Shown: in pieces, positions 17,019 through 25,421 of the stretch
Layout of the letters: every line of letters starts with the position of its first letter
Position numbering within the stretch: position 1 is the first letter of the stretch
Notes under the pieces: generated by a model
What the model was told of the DNA's origin: nothing
Seen by the model: the letters and a program-made list of their open reading frames with translations, nothing else
Database searches by the model: none
Program-made: the position numbers and the translations under genes
IMG/VR virus record: IMGVR_UViG_3300030372_000159
Span: 1-37,280 of that record
Strand: one strand, 5' to 3'
Length of the DNA stretch: 37,280 nt
From: a virus
Taxonomy: Duplodnaviria > Caudoviricetes

Positions 17019-17376
17019 ATACAAAAGCAAGTTTGAAGCTGCTTTTGCCGACAGTTTACACAAAAAGAAAATAGTATTTACTTATGAAACTATCAGCATT
17101 GACTACACAATTAGCTACAGCTACAAGCCTGACTTTATCCTCAACAATTTTATTGTTGAAACGAAAGGATATTTTTCGACTGAAGACCGCAGAAAGCATC
17201 TTGTTATTAAGGAGACAAGACCCGAATTAGACATCAGGTTTTGTTTTCAAAATAGCAAGACACGATTAAGCAAAGCAAAGAGAAGCCTTACCTATGGTGC
17301 ATGGTGCGATAGGCATGGGTTTCTCTACTGCGATAAAACAATTCCTACTGAATGGTATGACTTACCCACAACCTGA
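16936..17376 (+). CDS. Endonuclease I (T7 gp3-like Holliday junction resolvase); start uncertain
   Basis: YKSKFE, YKPDFIL, VETKGYF...DRRKH, LDIRFCFQ, TYGAWCDRHGF. Confidence 0.93.
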   Translation: MEVEQVTSRQQNQRPTKRKRLQQQPTSKYKSKFEAAFADSLHKKKIVFTYETISIDYTISYSYKPDFILNNFIVETKGYFSTEDRRKHLVIKETRPELDIRFCFQNSKTRLSKAKRSLTYGAWCDRHGFLYCDKTIPTEWYDLPTT

Positions 17377-17509
17377 TAACCCTAAAGCAGGTGATACTTT
17401 TTTTGACCCAGTTAATAAAATGTGGAGAGTTTTTAATGGCATGACTTGGGTTGAAGTTAATTTACAAGAACACAAATGTAACTTAGATGAAGAGTCAATA
17501 CAAGAATAA
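17357..17509 (+). CDS. 50-aa hypothetical protein
   Basis: MTYPQPDNPKAGDTFFD...; ATG 17357 preferred over 17294. Confidence 0.55.
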   Translation: MTYPQPDNPKAGDTFFDPVNKMWRVFNGMTWVEVNLQEHKCNLDEESIQE

Positions 17510-19100
17510 AAAGATTTGCCCTGAGTGTGGCAAAAAAAACTGTGCAGTCTTTGATGATGGGCATGAACATTGCTTCACTATGGATTGCGAATACACCTAC
17601 TACCCAAACAAAAGCAAAGAAAAGAAAGTGAGTAACATCATTCCATTAAAGAAAAGAAATCCAAAACTATTGAAGGTAACACCTATACCTTTAGCCAAAC
17701 GTGGAATCACCAAACAGACTTGCGAACTATTTGGTTATGGACAGGCAGAATATAGAGGACAGCCTGTTCAAGTTGCTACTTATAAAGACCAACAAGGTAG
17801 AGATGTAGCACAACACGTACGATTTCAAGACAAGAAGTTTGTTTGGATAGGAGACATATCTAACGTGCAGCTATGGGGTCAACACTTATGGCGACAACAT
17901 GGCAGCAATGGATCTGTATTTGTAAGCTGCTTTGAAGGTGAGATTGATTGCATGAGTGGATCTCAAATACAAGGTAACAAGTTTCCCTGTGTATCAATAC
18001 CTTCAGGAGTACAGTCAGCAGCTAAGTATTTAGCAGCCAACTACAAATGGTTAGATACTTATTGTCGTATAGTTCTTTGCTTTGATAACGATGATGCAGG
18101 GAATAAAGCAGCAGATAAATGTATGGAAGTCTTACCTAAAGGTAAGGTTGCAATAGCAAGACTAGATCGTAATGATGTTAACGATCATCTTGTACAAGGT
18201 GAAGGAGATTTAGTACAAGAAAGATTATGGAAAGCTAGACCAGTAAGACCTGATTGTTTAATCAATGCTGCTGATGCTTGGGATTTATTTACTAAAGAAA
18301 CAAGTAAAGCTGTAACAGATTTTCCTTTTCCTAAACTAAATGATTTTACAAAAGGATTATTTCCTAGCCAATTATTTACAGTAGCTTCCGCAAGTGGGGC
18401 AGGTAAGTCCACAATCTGTAGAGAATTTTGCCATCACTTTTTGAAGAGAGGATTAAAGGTTGGTTATATAGGACTAGAAGAATCAGTACAAAGAACACTT
18501 CAAGGTTTGGTAGGCATTGACTTGAATGTTCCTTTACATCTAACTGAAGATGGCATAGATGAAGCTGCCTTAAAGACTGCCTTTGATAAACTTACTTCAA
18601 GTCGTAATTTGTTTTTATACAATCACTTCGGTAGTCTTGAACCTGATGTACTGCTTGAACAGATCAGATACTTAGCAACAGTAGATGGAGTGCAGGTAGT
18701 AATCCTTGATCACATCAGTATAGTTTTATCTGGTCTTGAGTTAGACAATGAACGTAAGGCAATAGATATAATAATGACCAAGCTAAGAAGTTTATGTGAA
18801 GCCACAGGTATAGCTCTTGTATTGGTCAGCCACCTACGCAGACCACAAGGACAATCACATGAGTCGGGCAGGGAGGTTGACACCTCTGACTTGAGGGGAT
18901 CTCATTCACTACTACAACTAAGTGATGTTGTACTGAGTGCTTCCAGAAACCAGACAGGAGATGCTAGTGAGAGACAGCGATTACAGCTAAAGGTACTTAA
19001 GTCTAGACATACTGGAATGACAGGAGAAGTAGATAAATTATTATACGACCAAAAGACAGGTCGATTAATTGTATATGAAAATGATTTTGCAAAACTATGA
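17487..19100 (+). CDS. Primase-helicase (T7 gp4-like)
   Basis: Zn finger CPEC...HCFTMDC, TOPRIM EGEIDC/FDNDDAG, Walker A SASGAGKST, LDHISI, VSHLRRP, DLRGS. Confidence 0.97.
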   Translation: MKSQYKNKKICPECGKKNCAVFDDGHEHCFTMDCEYTYYPNKSKEKKVSNIIPLKKRNPKLLKVTPIPLAKRGITKQTCELFGYGQAEYRGQPVQVATYKDQQGRDVAQHVRFQDKKFVWIGDISNVQLWGQHLWRQHGSNGSVFVSCFEGEIDCMSGSQIQGNKFPCVSIPSGVQSAAKYLAANYKWLDTYCRIVLCFDNDDAGNKAADKCMEVLPKGKVAIARLDRNDVNDHLVQGEGDLVQERLWKARPVRPDCLINAADAWDLFTKETSKAVTDFPFPKLNDFTKGLFPSQLFTVASASGAGKSTICREFCHHFLKRGLKVGYIGLEESVQRTLQGLVGIDLNVPLHLTEDGIDEAALKTAFDKLTSSRNLFLYNHFGSLEPDVLLEQIRYLATVDGVQVVILDHISIVLSGLELDNERKAIDIIMTKLRSLCEATGIALVLVSHLRRPQGQSHESGREVDTSDLRGSHSLLQLSDVVLSASRNQTGDASERQRLQLKVLKSRHTGMTGEVDKLLYDQKTGRLIVYENDFAKL

Positions 19101-19831
19101 CTTTATTAATTGATGCTGACTGGCTAATCTATTCTTCCTGTTGTGCTTGTGAAATAGATACAAGATGGAATGATTGGCAACATACTCTTCACTCTGATGA
19201 AAGAGATATAATGAACCTGATTGAAAGCAGGTTAGAAGTATATAAACAGATAGCAGAAGACAAGCATGATGTGGTTATGTGCTTTACTTCTTATCCAACA
19301 TTCAGGCATGAGATATTTCCTGAATACAAAATACATAGAATATCTAAAAGAAAACCATTAGCTTTGAGATCAGTAATTAATAACTGTAACAAAATATATG
19401 ACTGTGTATCCTATCCAAACTTAGAAGGAGATGACGTACTTGGATTACTAGCTACCAATGGACAATATAAAAATCCAATAATAGTATCAGTCGATAAGGA
19501 CATGAGAACTATACCTTGTAAGCTGATAGCTACTGAAGAGGTAGAACATATTACAGAAAAGAAAGCAAACAGACATTGGTTTGAAATGTCTATAGCAGGA
19601 GATAGTACAGATGGAATAGTAGGAGTGAAAGGTTTAGGTATGGTAAGTGCTACAAAATTATTAGCCGAAACTCCTGATACACAAGATGCACTATGGTCTA
19701 AGGTACAGGAAACATATACAAAGAAAGGTTACAGTATTGCTGATGCAATTCTTAATGCAAGACTTACTAGAATATTACGAGAAGGAGATTACGATTATAA
19801 TACAGGTGAAGTAAAACTTTGGAATCCATGA
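19097..19831 (+). CDS. 5'-3' exonuclease (T7 gp6-like)
   Basis: LIDAD, EYK..R, LEGDDVLG, SVDKDMRTIP, AGDSTDGIVGVKGLG, ARLTRILR. Confidence 0.95.
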   Translation: MTLLIDADWLIYSSCCACEIDTRWNDWQHTLHSDERDIMNLIESRLEVYKQIAEDKHDVVMCFTSYPTFRHEIFPEYKIHRISKRKPLALRSVINNCNKIYDCVSYPNLEGDDVLGLLATNGQYKNPIIVSVDKDMRTIPCKLIATEEVEHITEKKANRHWFEMSIAGDSTDGIVGVKGLGMVSATKLLAETPDTQDALWSKVQETYTKKGYSIADAILNARLTRILREGDYDYNTGEVKLWNP

Positions 19832-19870
19832 GAAAACCCCCAAGACGAGTCACTTGTCTTAGGGGTTCTC
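19830..19870 (+). promoter_or_regulatory. Long hairpin after the exonuclease (R6.5-like RNase III site or terminator)
   Basis: GAGAAAACCCC-C-AAGACGAG-TCA-CTTGTCTT-A-GGGGTTCTC; second hairpin CAATGGG-N8-CCCATTG at 19881-19902. Confidence 0.6.
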
Positions 19871-19923
19871 TACGCTTTACCAATGGGTAACCACTCCCAT
19901 TGATTTAATGGTAGCATGAAACT

Positions 19924-20127
19924 ATGGCAAGTAACTTATTACCTGTAATAACTGATGACCTTATACAGGGTCTAGATAATCTGTACCCACAACGACACCC
20001 TGACTTGTCATTATCTGATAGGGAGATATGGTATAGAGCAGGACAACGTAGTGTTGTTGACTATCTTATTGAACAGCAAAAAAGGCAACGTCAAACTATG
20101 TTAGACAACACAACCAAAGGTATTTAA
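19924..20127 (+). CDS. Conserved small protein (T7 gp6.5 position)
   Basis: YPQRHPD...IWYRAGQRSVVDYL; synteny. Confidence 0.7.
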   Translation: MASNLLPVITDDLIQGLDNLYPQRHPDLSLSDREIWYRAGQRSVVDYLIEQQKRQRQTMLDNTTKGI

Positions 20128-20129
20128 TT

Positions 20130-20402
20130 ATGTGTTTCTTCGGTGGTGCTAAAGCTGCACCTGCTCCTAAAAAACCTGAGTTTGAAGATGCACCTCCTGT
20201 TGTTACAGGAGAACAGACAGGTGTAGATAAACCAAAGAATACAGCAAAAGCTACAGAGAAGTTAAGAATGATGAGAAAGAAAAAAGAAACATCAGGGAAC
20301 TCGACTGTAAATACAAACTTAGATAGAACGACATCTTTACTTACAAGAAATACAAAAGATCTAGCAACAGCTAGAATGAATAATAAATCTACGTATGGTT
20401 AA
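20130..20402 (+). CDS. Small virion protein (T7 gp6.7-like)
   Basis: MCFFGG start, Pro/Lys-rich, upstream of portal. Confidence 0.65.
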   Translation: MCFFGGAKAAPAPKKPEFEDAPPVVTGEQTGVDKPKNTAKATEKLRMMRKKKETSGNSTVNTNLDRTTSLLTRNTKDLATARMNNKSTYG

Positions 20403-20404
20403 CC

Positions 20405-20647
20405 ATGTGTTTTAGAAGTCCTCCACCTCCACCCCCACTACCTGATCCAGAACCAGTAGCACCTAAAGCAGAGAAGACTGCTGAACAAGTTGTTACAGGT
20501 ACACAGAGAAAAGACATTGCCAAGAAAGGAAGAAGGGCTGCAACTACAACTGCAAGATCAGCAGCTAGAAGGGGTACTGCTTCTTTGAGAATACCTTTAC
20601 TAACTAATACACAAACCGAATCTGGTAACTTAAGGACACCTGTTTAA
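20405..20647 (+). CDS. Small virion protein (gp6.7/7.3-like)
   Basis: MCFRSPPPPP...RRGTASLRIPL; immediately before portal. Confidence 0.7.
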   Translation: MCFRSPPPPPPLPDPEPVAPKAEKTAEQVVTGTQRKDIAKKGRRAATTTARSAARRGTASLRIPLLTNTQTESGNLRTPV

Positions 20648-20650
20648 CAT

Positions 20651-22258
20651 ATGGAATATTCTTCTTCGGCTGTTACAGCAGCAGGGTTGTATGAACAACT
20701 AGCACAAGAAAGATCAACGTATCTTAGGGAAGGTCAAGAGTCTAGTAAATTAACCCTGCCATATCTTATACCTGAAACTTCAGGTGGTAGTGGTGCAAGA
20801 AGAAGTAAAATTAAAACACCTTATCAATCTATTGGTGCAGCAGGTGTTAATAGCCTTGCTGCAAAACTATTGACAGGTCTTTTTCCTACTAACATTCCTT
20901 TCTTTAAACTTGTATTAGATTTAATAAAAATACAACAAGAAGGTAGTAATCCTGAAGCTATTAGTGAGATAGATAAAGCATTACGTAAAGTTGAAAATGC
21001 TTTGATGCGTGAGATTGAAACATCAAATGATAGAGTCGCAATGTTTGAAGCATTAAAACATCTTATTGTTGGTGGGAATGTTTTGTTGTATCTAACAAAG
21101 GAAGGATTACAAGTATATCCATTAGAAAAATATGTATGCAAACGTGACCCAAACGGAAATACTTTAGAAATTATTATTAAAGAAACAGTAAATGGTAAAG
21201 CCTTGCCACCTGACTTTGTAGCAAAACTAGAAGAGAAAGCAAAATACACAGAGAATACTTTAGAAGAAGATTTAGATATATATACACACGTCAAAAGAAA
21301 TGGAGACTTCTTTAATTGGCATCAAGAATGTAAAGGAGAGAAGATACCAAACACAGAAGGTAGGGCAAGAAAAGATGTAACTCCTTTTATAAATCTCAGG
21401 TTCACAAGATTAAGTGGAGAGAGTTACGGAAGAGGATACGTTGAAGAGTACAGAGGAGATTTGATTTCTCTTGAAGGATTGATGAAAGCAATAATTGAAA
21501 ATGCTGCTGCGTCTGCACGTACAGTTTTTCTTGTAAATCCCAATGGTACAACGAGAGCTTCTACCCTAGCTAAAGCACCTAACGGAGCTATCAGAGAAGG
21601 TAACGCACAAGATGTTTCTGTCTTGCAGGTAGGTAAGGGAGCAGATTTGCAGACATCTTTTACAGCAGTACAAAGAATAGAACAGCGATTACAGTATGCT
21701 TTTATGATGGCAAAAGCAGTACAGCGTGATGCCGAAAGAGTAACAAGTACAGAGTTAAAGATTCTTACACAAGAACTAGAGTCAACACTTGGGGGGATCT
21801 ACTCTATCCTGTCTTCAGAACTACAACTACCTTATCTCAGAAGACGTATGCACCTATTAGCAAAAACAGGTAGAGTGCCAGAGCTACCAAAAGATATAGT
21901 AGGTCTATCAATCATTACAGGATTACAAGGACTAGGTAGAGGGCAGGATAAAGAGAAGCTACTTGAGTTCATTACTACTTTGGCACAGGCTTTAGGTGCT
22001 GATGTGATGAGACAATACGTTAATGTTGACGAAGCTATCAAGAGGTTAGCTACCAGTATTGGCATAGATACTGAAACGTTGGTAAAATCAAGTGAACAGA
22101 TTGCTGCGGAGTTGCAAGCTGCACAACAACAAGAACTTATTAGAAGTCTTGGTAGTGCTGCTGTAGGCTCGCCTTTACTTGATCCCAAGAAACAGGCTGA
22201 AGCAGGTCTTATCTCACAACAAATGGATTCTAATGCCCAACAAGAACAGCCAGTCTAA
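20651..22258 (+). CDS. Portal / head-tail connector (T7 gp8)
   Basis: LTLPYL, PYQSIGAAGVNSLAAKL, GESYGRG, RDAERVTSTE, LGGIYS. Confidence 0.97.
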   Translation: MEYSSSAVTAAGLYEQLAQERSTYLREGQESSKLTLPYLIPETSGGSGARRSKIKTPYQSIGAAGVNSLAAKLLTGLFPTNIPFFKLVLDLIKIQQEGSNPEAISEIDKALRKVENALMREIETSNDRVAMFEALKHLIVGGNVLLYLTKEGLQVYPLEKYVCKRDPNGNTLEIIIKETVNGKALPPDFVAKLEEKAKYTENTLEEDLDIYTHVKRNGDFFNWHQECKGEKIPNTEGRARKDVTPFINLRFTRLSGESYGRGYVEEYRGDLISLEGLMKAIIENAAASARTVFLVNPNGTTRASTLAKAPNGAIREGNAQDVSVLQVGKGADLQTSFTAVQRIEQRLQYAFMMAKAVQRDAERVTSTELKILTQELESTLGGIYSILSSELQLPYLRRRMHLLAKTGRVPELPKDIVGLSIITGLQGLGRGQDKEKLLEFITTLAQALGADVMRQYVNVDEAIKRLATSIGIDTETLVKSSEQIAAELQAAQQQELIRSLGSAAVGSPLLDPKKQAEAGLISQQMDSNAQQEQPV

Positions 22259-22415
22259 GAAGACTACAAAACCAAGAGACAACAATGGGAAATATGTAGC
22301 TCCTGAAAAAGCAGTTGTCAGTAGATTAGGTGTAAATGAAGAAGGTACACCTAAGTCAAAGAATCAAGGTAAGACTGTCACTACTAGACATGGCAGTACA
22401 ATCACTTATAGTTAA
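22233..22415 (+). CDS. 60-aa basic small protein
   Basis: ATG 22233 preferred; MPNKNSQSKKTTKPRDNNGKY... Confidence 0.6.
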   Translation: MPNKNSQSKKTTKPRDNNGKYVAPEKAVVSRLGVNEEGTPKSKNQGKTVTTRHGSTITYS

Positions 22416-22429
22416 ACCAAAAAACCACT

Positions 22430-23236
22430 ATGACATCATCACAAGTACAGGCAAATGAAACACCACCAATGTCTTCACAGGATATTGAAAGTCTAAGAGA
22501 TGAGAATGGACTTATTGCAGGTAAGTTTAAAACTGCTGAAGATATGGTAAACAGCTACAAAGAACTAGAAGGTAAACTTGGTGCTATAGATCAAACTACT
22601 GAAGAAACTACTGAAGAAACTACTGAAGAAGAAAATCAAACAGAAAAAACTAATGATGATTTTAATGCTGCTGAAGTTTACGGAGATGGTTTAGCTTCAG
22701 TCCTAGAAGAAGTTGGAATAGACCCACAAGTTATTAGTAATACTTTTACAGAGACAGGTAAAATTACAGAAAATGATTACGAGAAACTAGGAGAAGCAGG
22801 ATTCTCTAAACAAGTTATTGATACTTACCTAGATGGATTAAAGGGTACTGCTAATTCTGCTGAAGATATAAAAGATGCACAGTTAAATGACATCTTATCA
22901 GTTACAGGTGGAGAAGAAGGTTACTCAAAACTTAGAGAATGGACACAGGCTAATGTACCTGATGAAACTCTTAAGGCATTTGACAAGATACTTGATACTC
23001 AAGACCCAACAATGATTAAGGTTGCAGTACAAGGTTTTGCTTCACAGATGAGAGAAGCAGAAGGTTATGAACCACAACTGATAAATGGTAGAACAGCAGC
23101 AGGTAATACTAATACATTTAAAACACAGGCAGAACTTACAAAAGCTATGTCTGATCCTAGATATGGTAAAGATCAAGACTATACATTATCTGTATATAAA
23201 AGATTAGAAGCTTCTAAGGTGGTAGGCAATGGCTAA
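22430..23236 (+). CDS. Capsid scaffolding protein (T7 gp9)
   Basis: AGKFKTAEDM..SYKELEGKLG, acidic, AMSDPRY; synteny. Confidence 0.93.
   Translation: MTSSQVQANETPPMSSQDIESLRDENGLIAGKFKTAEDMVNSYKELEGKLGAIDQTTEETTEETTEEENQTEKTNDDFNAAEVYGDGLASVLEEVGIDPQVISNTFTETGKITENDYEKLGEAGFSKQVIDTYLDGLKGTANSAEDIKDAQLNDILSVTGGEEGYSKLREWTQANVPDETLKAFDKILDTQDPTMIKVAVQGFASQMREAEGYEPQLINGRTAAGNTNTFKTQAELTKAMSDPRYGKDQDYTLSVYKRLEASKVVGNG
22595..22630 (+). repeat. 12-bp tandem repeat x3 (TTEE) in scaffold
   Basis: ACTACTGAAGAA x3. Confidence 0.85.
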
Positions 23237-23375
23237 CAAACCAACTAAGCCAGAACTCTATGCAAGAATCAAAGCTAGAGTCAAAGCAAAAGTCAAGAAG
23301 TGGCCTTCTGCTTATGCAAGTGGTCAGCTTGTTAGACAATACAAAGCAGCAGGAGGAGGTTACACTAAAGCATGA
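23229..23375 (+). CDS. 48-aa basic microprotein, DUF5872-like N-half (not in ORF track)
   Basis: MANKPTKPELYARIKARVKAKVKKWPSAYASGQLVRQYKAAGGGYTKA. Confidence 0.75.
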   Translation: MANKPTKPELYARIKARVKAKVKKWPSAYASGQLVRQYKAAGGGYTKA

Positions 23376-23494
23376 AAAAACTTTCAAAGAAACAAAAACA
23401 AAGTCTTGATAAAGATGGTGATGGCAAGCTTTCTAAAAAAGATTTTTTATTAGTCCGTCAACTTAAAAAGAAAAATGGCAAAGCTAACTCTTAG
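23372..23494 (+). CDS. 40-aa basic microprotein with EF-hand loop (not in ORF track)
   Basis: MKKLSKKQKQSLDKDGDGKLSKKDFLLVRQLKKKNGKANS; ATGA coupling. Confidence 0.7.
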   Translation: MKKLSKKQKQSLDKDGDGKLSKKDFLLVRQLKKKNGKANS

Positions 23495-23627
23495 TCAAAT
23501 GCGTACTCTGAAAAAACATTCAGAGCATCATTCAAAAAAACACATGAATGAAATGAAAAAGAGTATGCGTAGTGGTATGTCTTTTAAAAAGGCACATACT
23601 ATAGCTCAAAAGAAAGTAGGCAAATGA
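23475..23627 (+). CDS. 50-aa His/Lys-rich microprotein (not in ORF track)
   Basis: MAKLTLSQMRTLKKHSEHHSKKHMNEMKKSMRSGMSFKKAHTIAQKKVGK; TGA overlaps the next ATG. Confidence 0.7.
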   Translation: MAKLTLSQMRTLKKHSEHHSKKHMNEMKKSMRSGMSFKKAHTIAQKKVGK

Positions 23628-23863
23628 GTCTCGACAGGTGGTTTAAAGAGAAATGGGTAGATGTAAAAACAGGTAAACCTTGTGGTCGTAAGAAGGGAGA
23701 TGGCAGACCTTACCCTGCTTGCAGACCTTCAAAAAGAGTTAATAGTAAGACTCCTAAAACAAGTAAAGAATTAAGTAATAGAGAAAGACTTAAATTTAAA
23801 AGAGAAAAAACTAGCGGTAAGAGAATAACTTACAATCACAAAAGACGACAAAGAGCAGCATAA
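23624..23863 (+). CDS. 79-aa basic protein, DUF5872-like C-half
   Basis: LDRWFKEKWVDVKTGKPCGR...YPACRPSKRV..KTPKT..EL. Confidence 0.75.
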   Translation: MSLDRWFKEKWVDVKTGKPCGRKKGDGRPYPACRPSKRVNSKTPKTSKELSNRERLKFKREKTSGKRITYNHKRRQRAA

Positions 23864-23900
23864 CTGTTATATTTTATTTAACTACTCTTACTCGTAGTTC

Positions 23901-24167
23901 ATGTCTCCACGCAGAAAATCTTTATCTCTTAGAAAGTCAGACAAGAATCCTACAGGAGGACTGTCTGAAAGAGGGAGAAAAAGAATAAACGCTGCTACAG
24001 GTTCTAAGTTGCAACGACCTGTCACTAAAACAAGTGGACTTTCAAAACGTGAAAAAGGTAGAAAGAAATCTTTTTGTGCAAGAATGAAAGGTGTCAAAGG
24101 AGCAATGAAAGACAGTAAAGGGCGGCCAACTAGGAAGGCTCTTGCACTACGCAAGTGGCGTTGCTAG
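23901..24167 (+). CDS. 88-aa basic protein (RKSFCARM family, DUF6321-like)
   Basis: KNPTGGLSERGRK...GSKLQRPV...KSFCARMKG...ALRKWRC. Confidence 0.75.
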   Translation: MSPRRKSLSLRKSDKNPTGGLSERGRKRINAATGSKLQRPVTKTSGLSKREKGRKKSFCARMKGVKGAMKDSKGRPTRKALALRKWRC

Positions 24168-24192
24168 GCTCTTGGCATACAATATCTACATA

Positions 24193-24226
24193 TCAAAGTG
24201 CCTGAAAATTTCAGATAACGCTTTGA
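24193..24226 (+). promoter_or_regulatory. Hairpin with asymmetric internal loop in the capsid 5' leader
   Basis: TCAAAGTG-C-CTGAA-AAT-TTCAG-ATAA-CGCTTTGA. Confidence 0.55.
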
Positions 24227-24283
24227 GAAAAGGTTAGTAAAGACAGAGAACGTACAAATTATTCACAAACACTTACTAAACAG

Positions 24284-25270
24284 ATGGCTAACGCAACTGT
24301 AAGTAGGCTCGGACTTGTCAATAATTCGGGTACAAACTTTGACGAACTTTTTCTGAAAGTCTTCTCAGGAGAGGTGCTAACAAGTTTTGCCCAGAATAAT
24401 ATTTTCAACGAGCAACTACATTCTGTCCGTACTATTGCATCAGGCAAATCGGCCAGTTTTCCAAAAATCGGTACGGCTACTGCTGCCTATCATACAATCG
24501 GCACACCCCTAGTCGGAGCAAACCAAATCAAAGCTAATGAGGTTTTGATAAATATTGATGATATGTTAATCGCCCAAGCGGTAGTCGCTAGGCTTGATGA
24601 GCTTAAGAATCATTATGATGTAAGAGCTACCTATAGTTCTGAATTAGGAAAAGCTCTCGCAAAAACATACGATCAAAACGTAGCGAAGGTAATTGCTAAT
24701 GCGAGTCGTGCGTCAGCTACTATTACTGGTGATGATGGCGGTCTTGTATTAACACTTGCTAATGGTAATACAGCTTCATCTGATGTAACAGGAGATGAAC
24801 TGGTTGCAGCTATTTATGATATAGCTCAAGAGTTTGACACTCGTGATATTCCAAGCACAGATAGATACTGTGTGTTACCACCTGCGGAATTTTATAAGAT
24901 TCCTGAATCTGCTACCAGAGTTATGAATACAGATTTCAACCCACAAGGTAATGGATCTGTTGCAGCAGGTACAGTAACACAGGTTGCAGGTATCCCTATA
25001 ATGATGTCTAACAACGTACCACAGAGTAATGTGGGATCAAACCCAAGCGGTGCAAACAACGCTTACAACGGTGACGATAGTAAGACATTAGGCTTGGTAT
25101 TCCACAAATCCGCAGTCGGCACAGTCAAGTTGCAAGACATGACAACTGAAATCTCAGGTGCAGATTATGGGATTATGTATCAATCAACATTAATGATTGC
25201 CAAGTACGCACTTGGTCATGGAATCCTTAGACCAGAGTGTGCAGCAACAATTAAATTGTCTTCTTCATAA
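24284..25270 (+). CDS. Major capsid protein (T7 gp10-like)
   Basis: LFLKVFSGEVLTSF, RTIASGKSASFP, INIDDML, HYDVRATYSSELGKALA, GHGILRPECA. Confidence 0.97.
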   Translation: MANATVSRLGLVNNSGTNFDELFLKVFSGEVLTSFAQNNIFNEQLHSVRTIASGKSASFPKIGTATAAYHTIGTPLVGANQIKANEVLINIDDMLIAQAVVARLDELKNHYDVRATYSSELGKALAKTYDQNVAKVIANASRASATITGDDGGLVLTLANGNTASSDVTGDELVAAIYDIAQEFDTRDIPSTDRYCVLPPAEFYKIPESATRVMNTDFNPQGNGSVAAGTVTQVAGIPIMMSNNVPQSNVGSNPSGANNAYNGDDSKTLGLVFHKSAVGTVKLQDMTTEISGADYGIMYQSTLMIAKYALGHGILRPECAATIKLSSS

Positions 25271-25290
25271 TCTACCTAAATGATTAAAAT

Positions 25291-25322
25291 GGGGTATTCT
25301 ATTATTAGATACCCCTTTTTTT
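25291..25322 (+). terminator. Intrinsic terminator after the capsid gene (T-phi position)
   Basis: GGGGTATTCT...AGATACCCC followed by T7. Confidence 0.85.
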
Positions 25323-25418
25323 ATGCCTAATAAAACTACAAAAAAAAATAAGAAAAAAAAATCTGGTAAACTTAAAAGTAAATTGATGTCTCTTAAGATG
25401 TCTAAATCAAGTTATTAA
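25323..25418 (+). CDS. 31-aa Lys-rich microprotein (not in ORF track)
   Basis: MPNKTTKKNKKKKSGKLKSKLMSLKMSKSSY; fills the gap before tail tube A. Confidence 0.5.
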   Translation: MPNKTTKKNKKKKSGKLKSKLMSLKMSKSSY

Positions 25419-25421
25419 ACA

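Noticed and set aside
25240-25418. T7 10B-like capsid frameshift extension
   Set aside because: No clear slippery site near the capsid 3' end, and a terminator follows directly.
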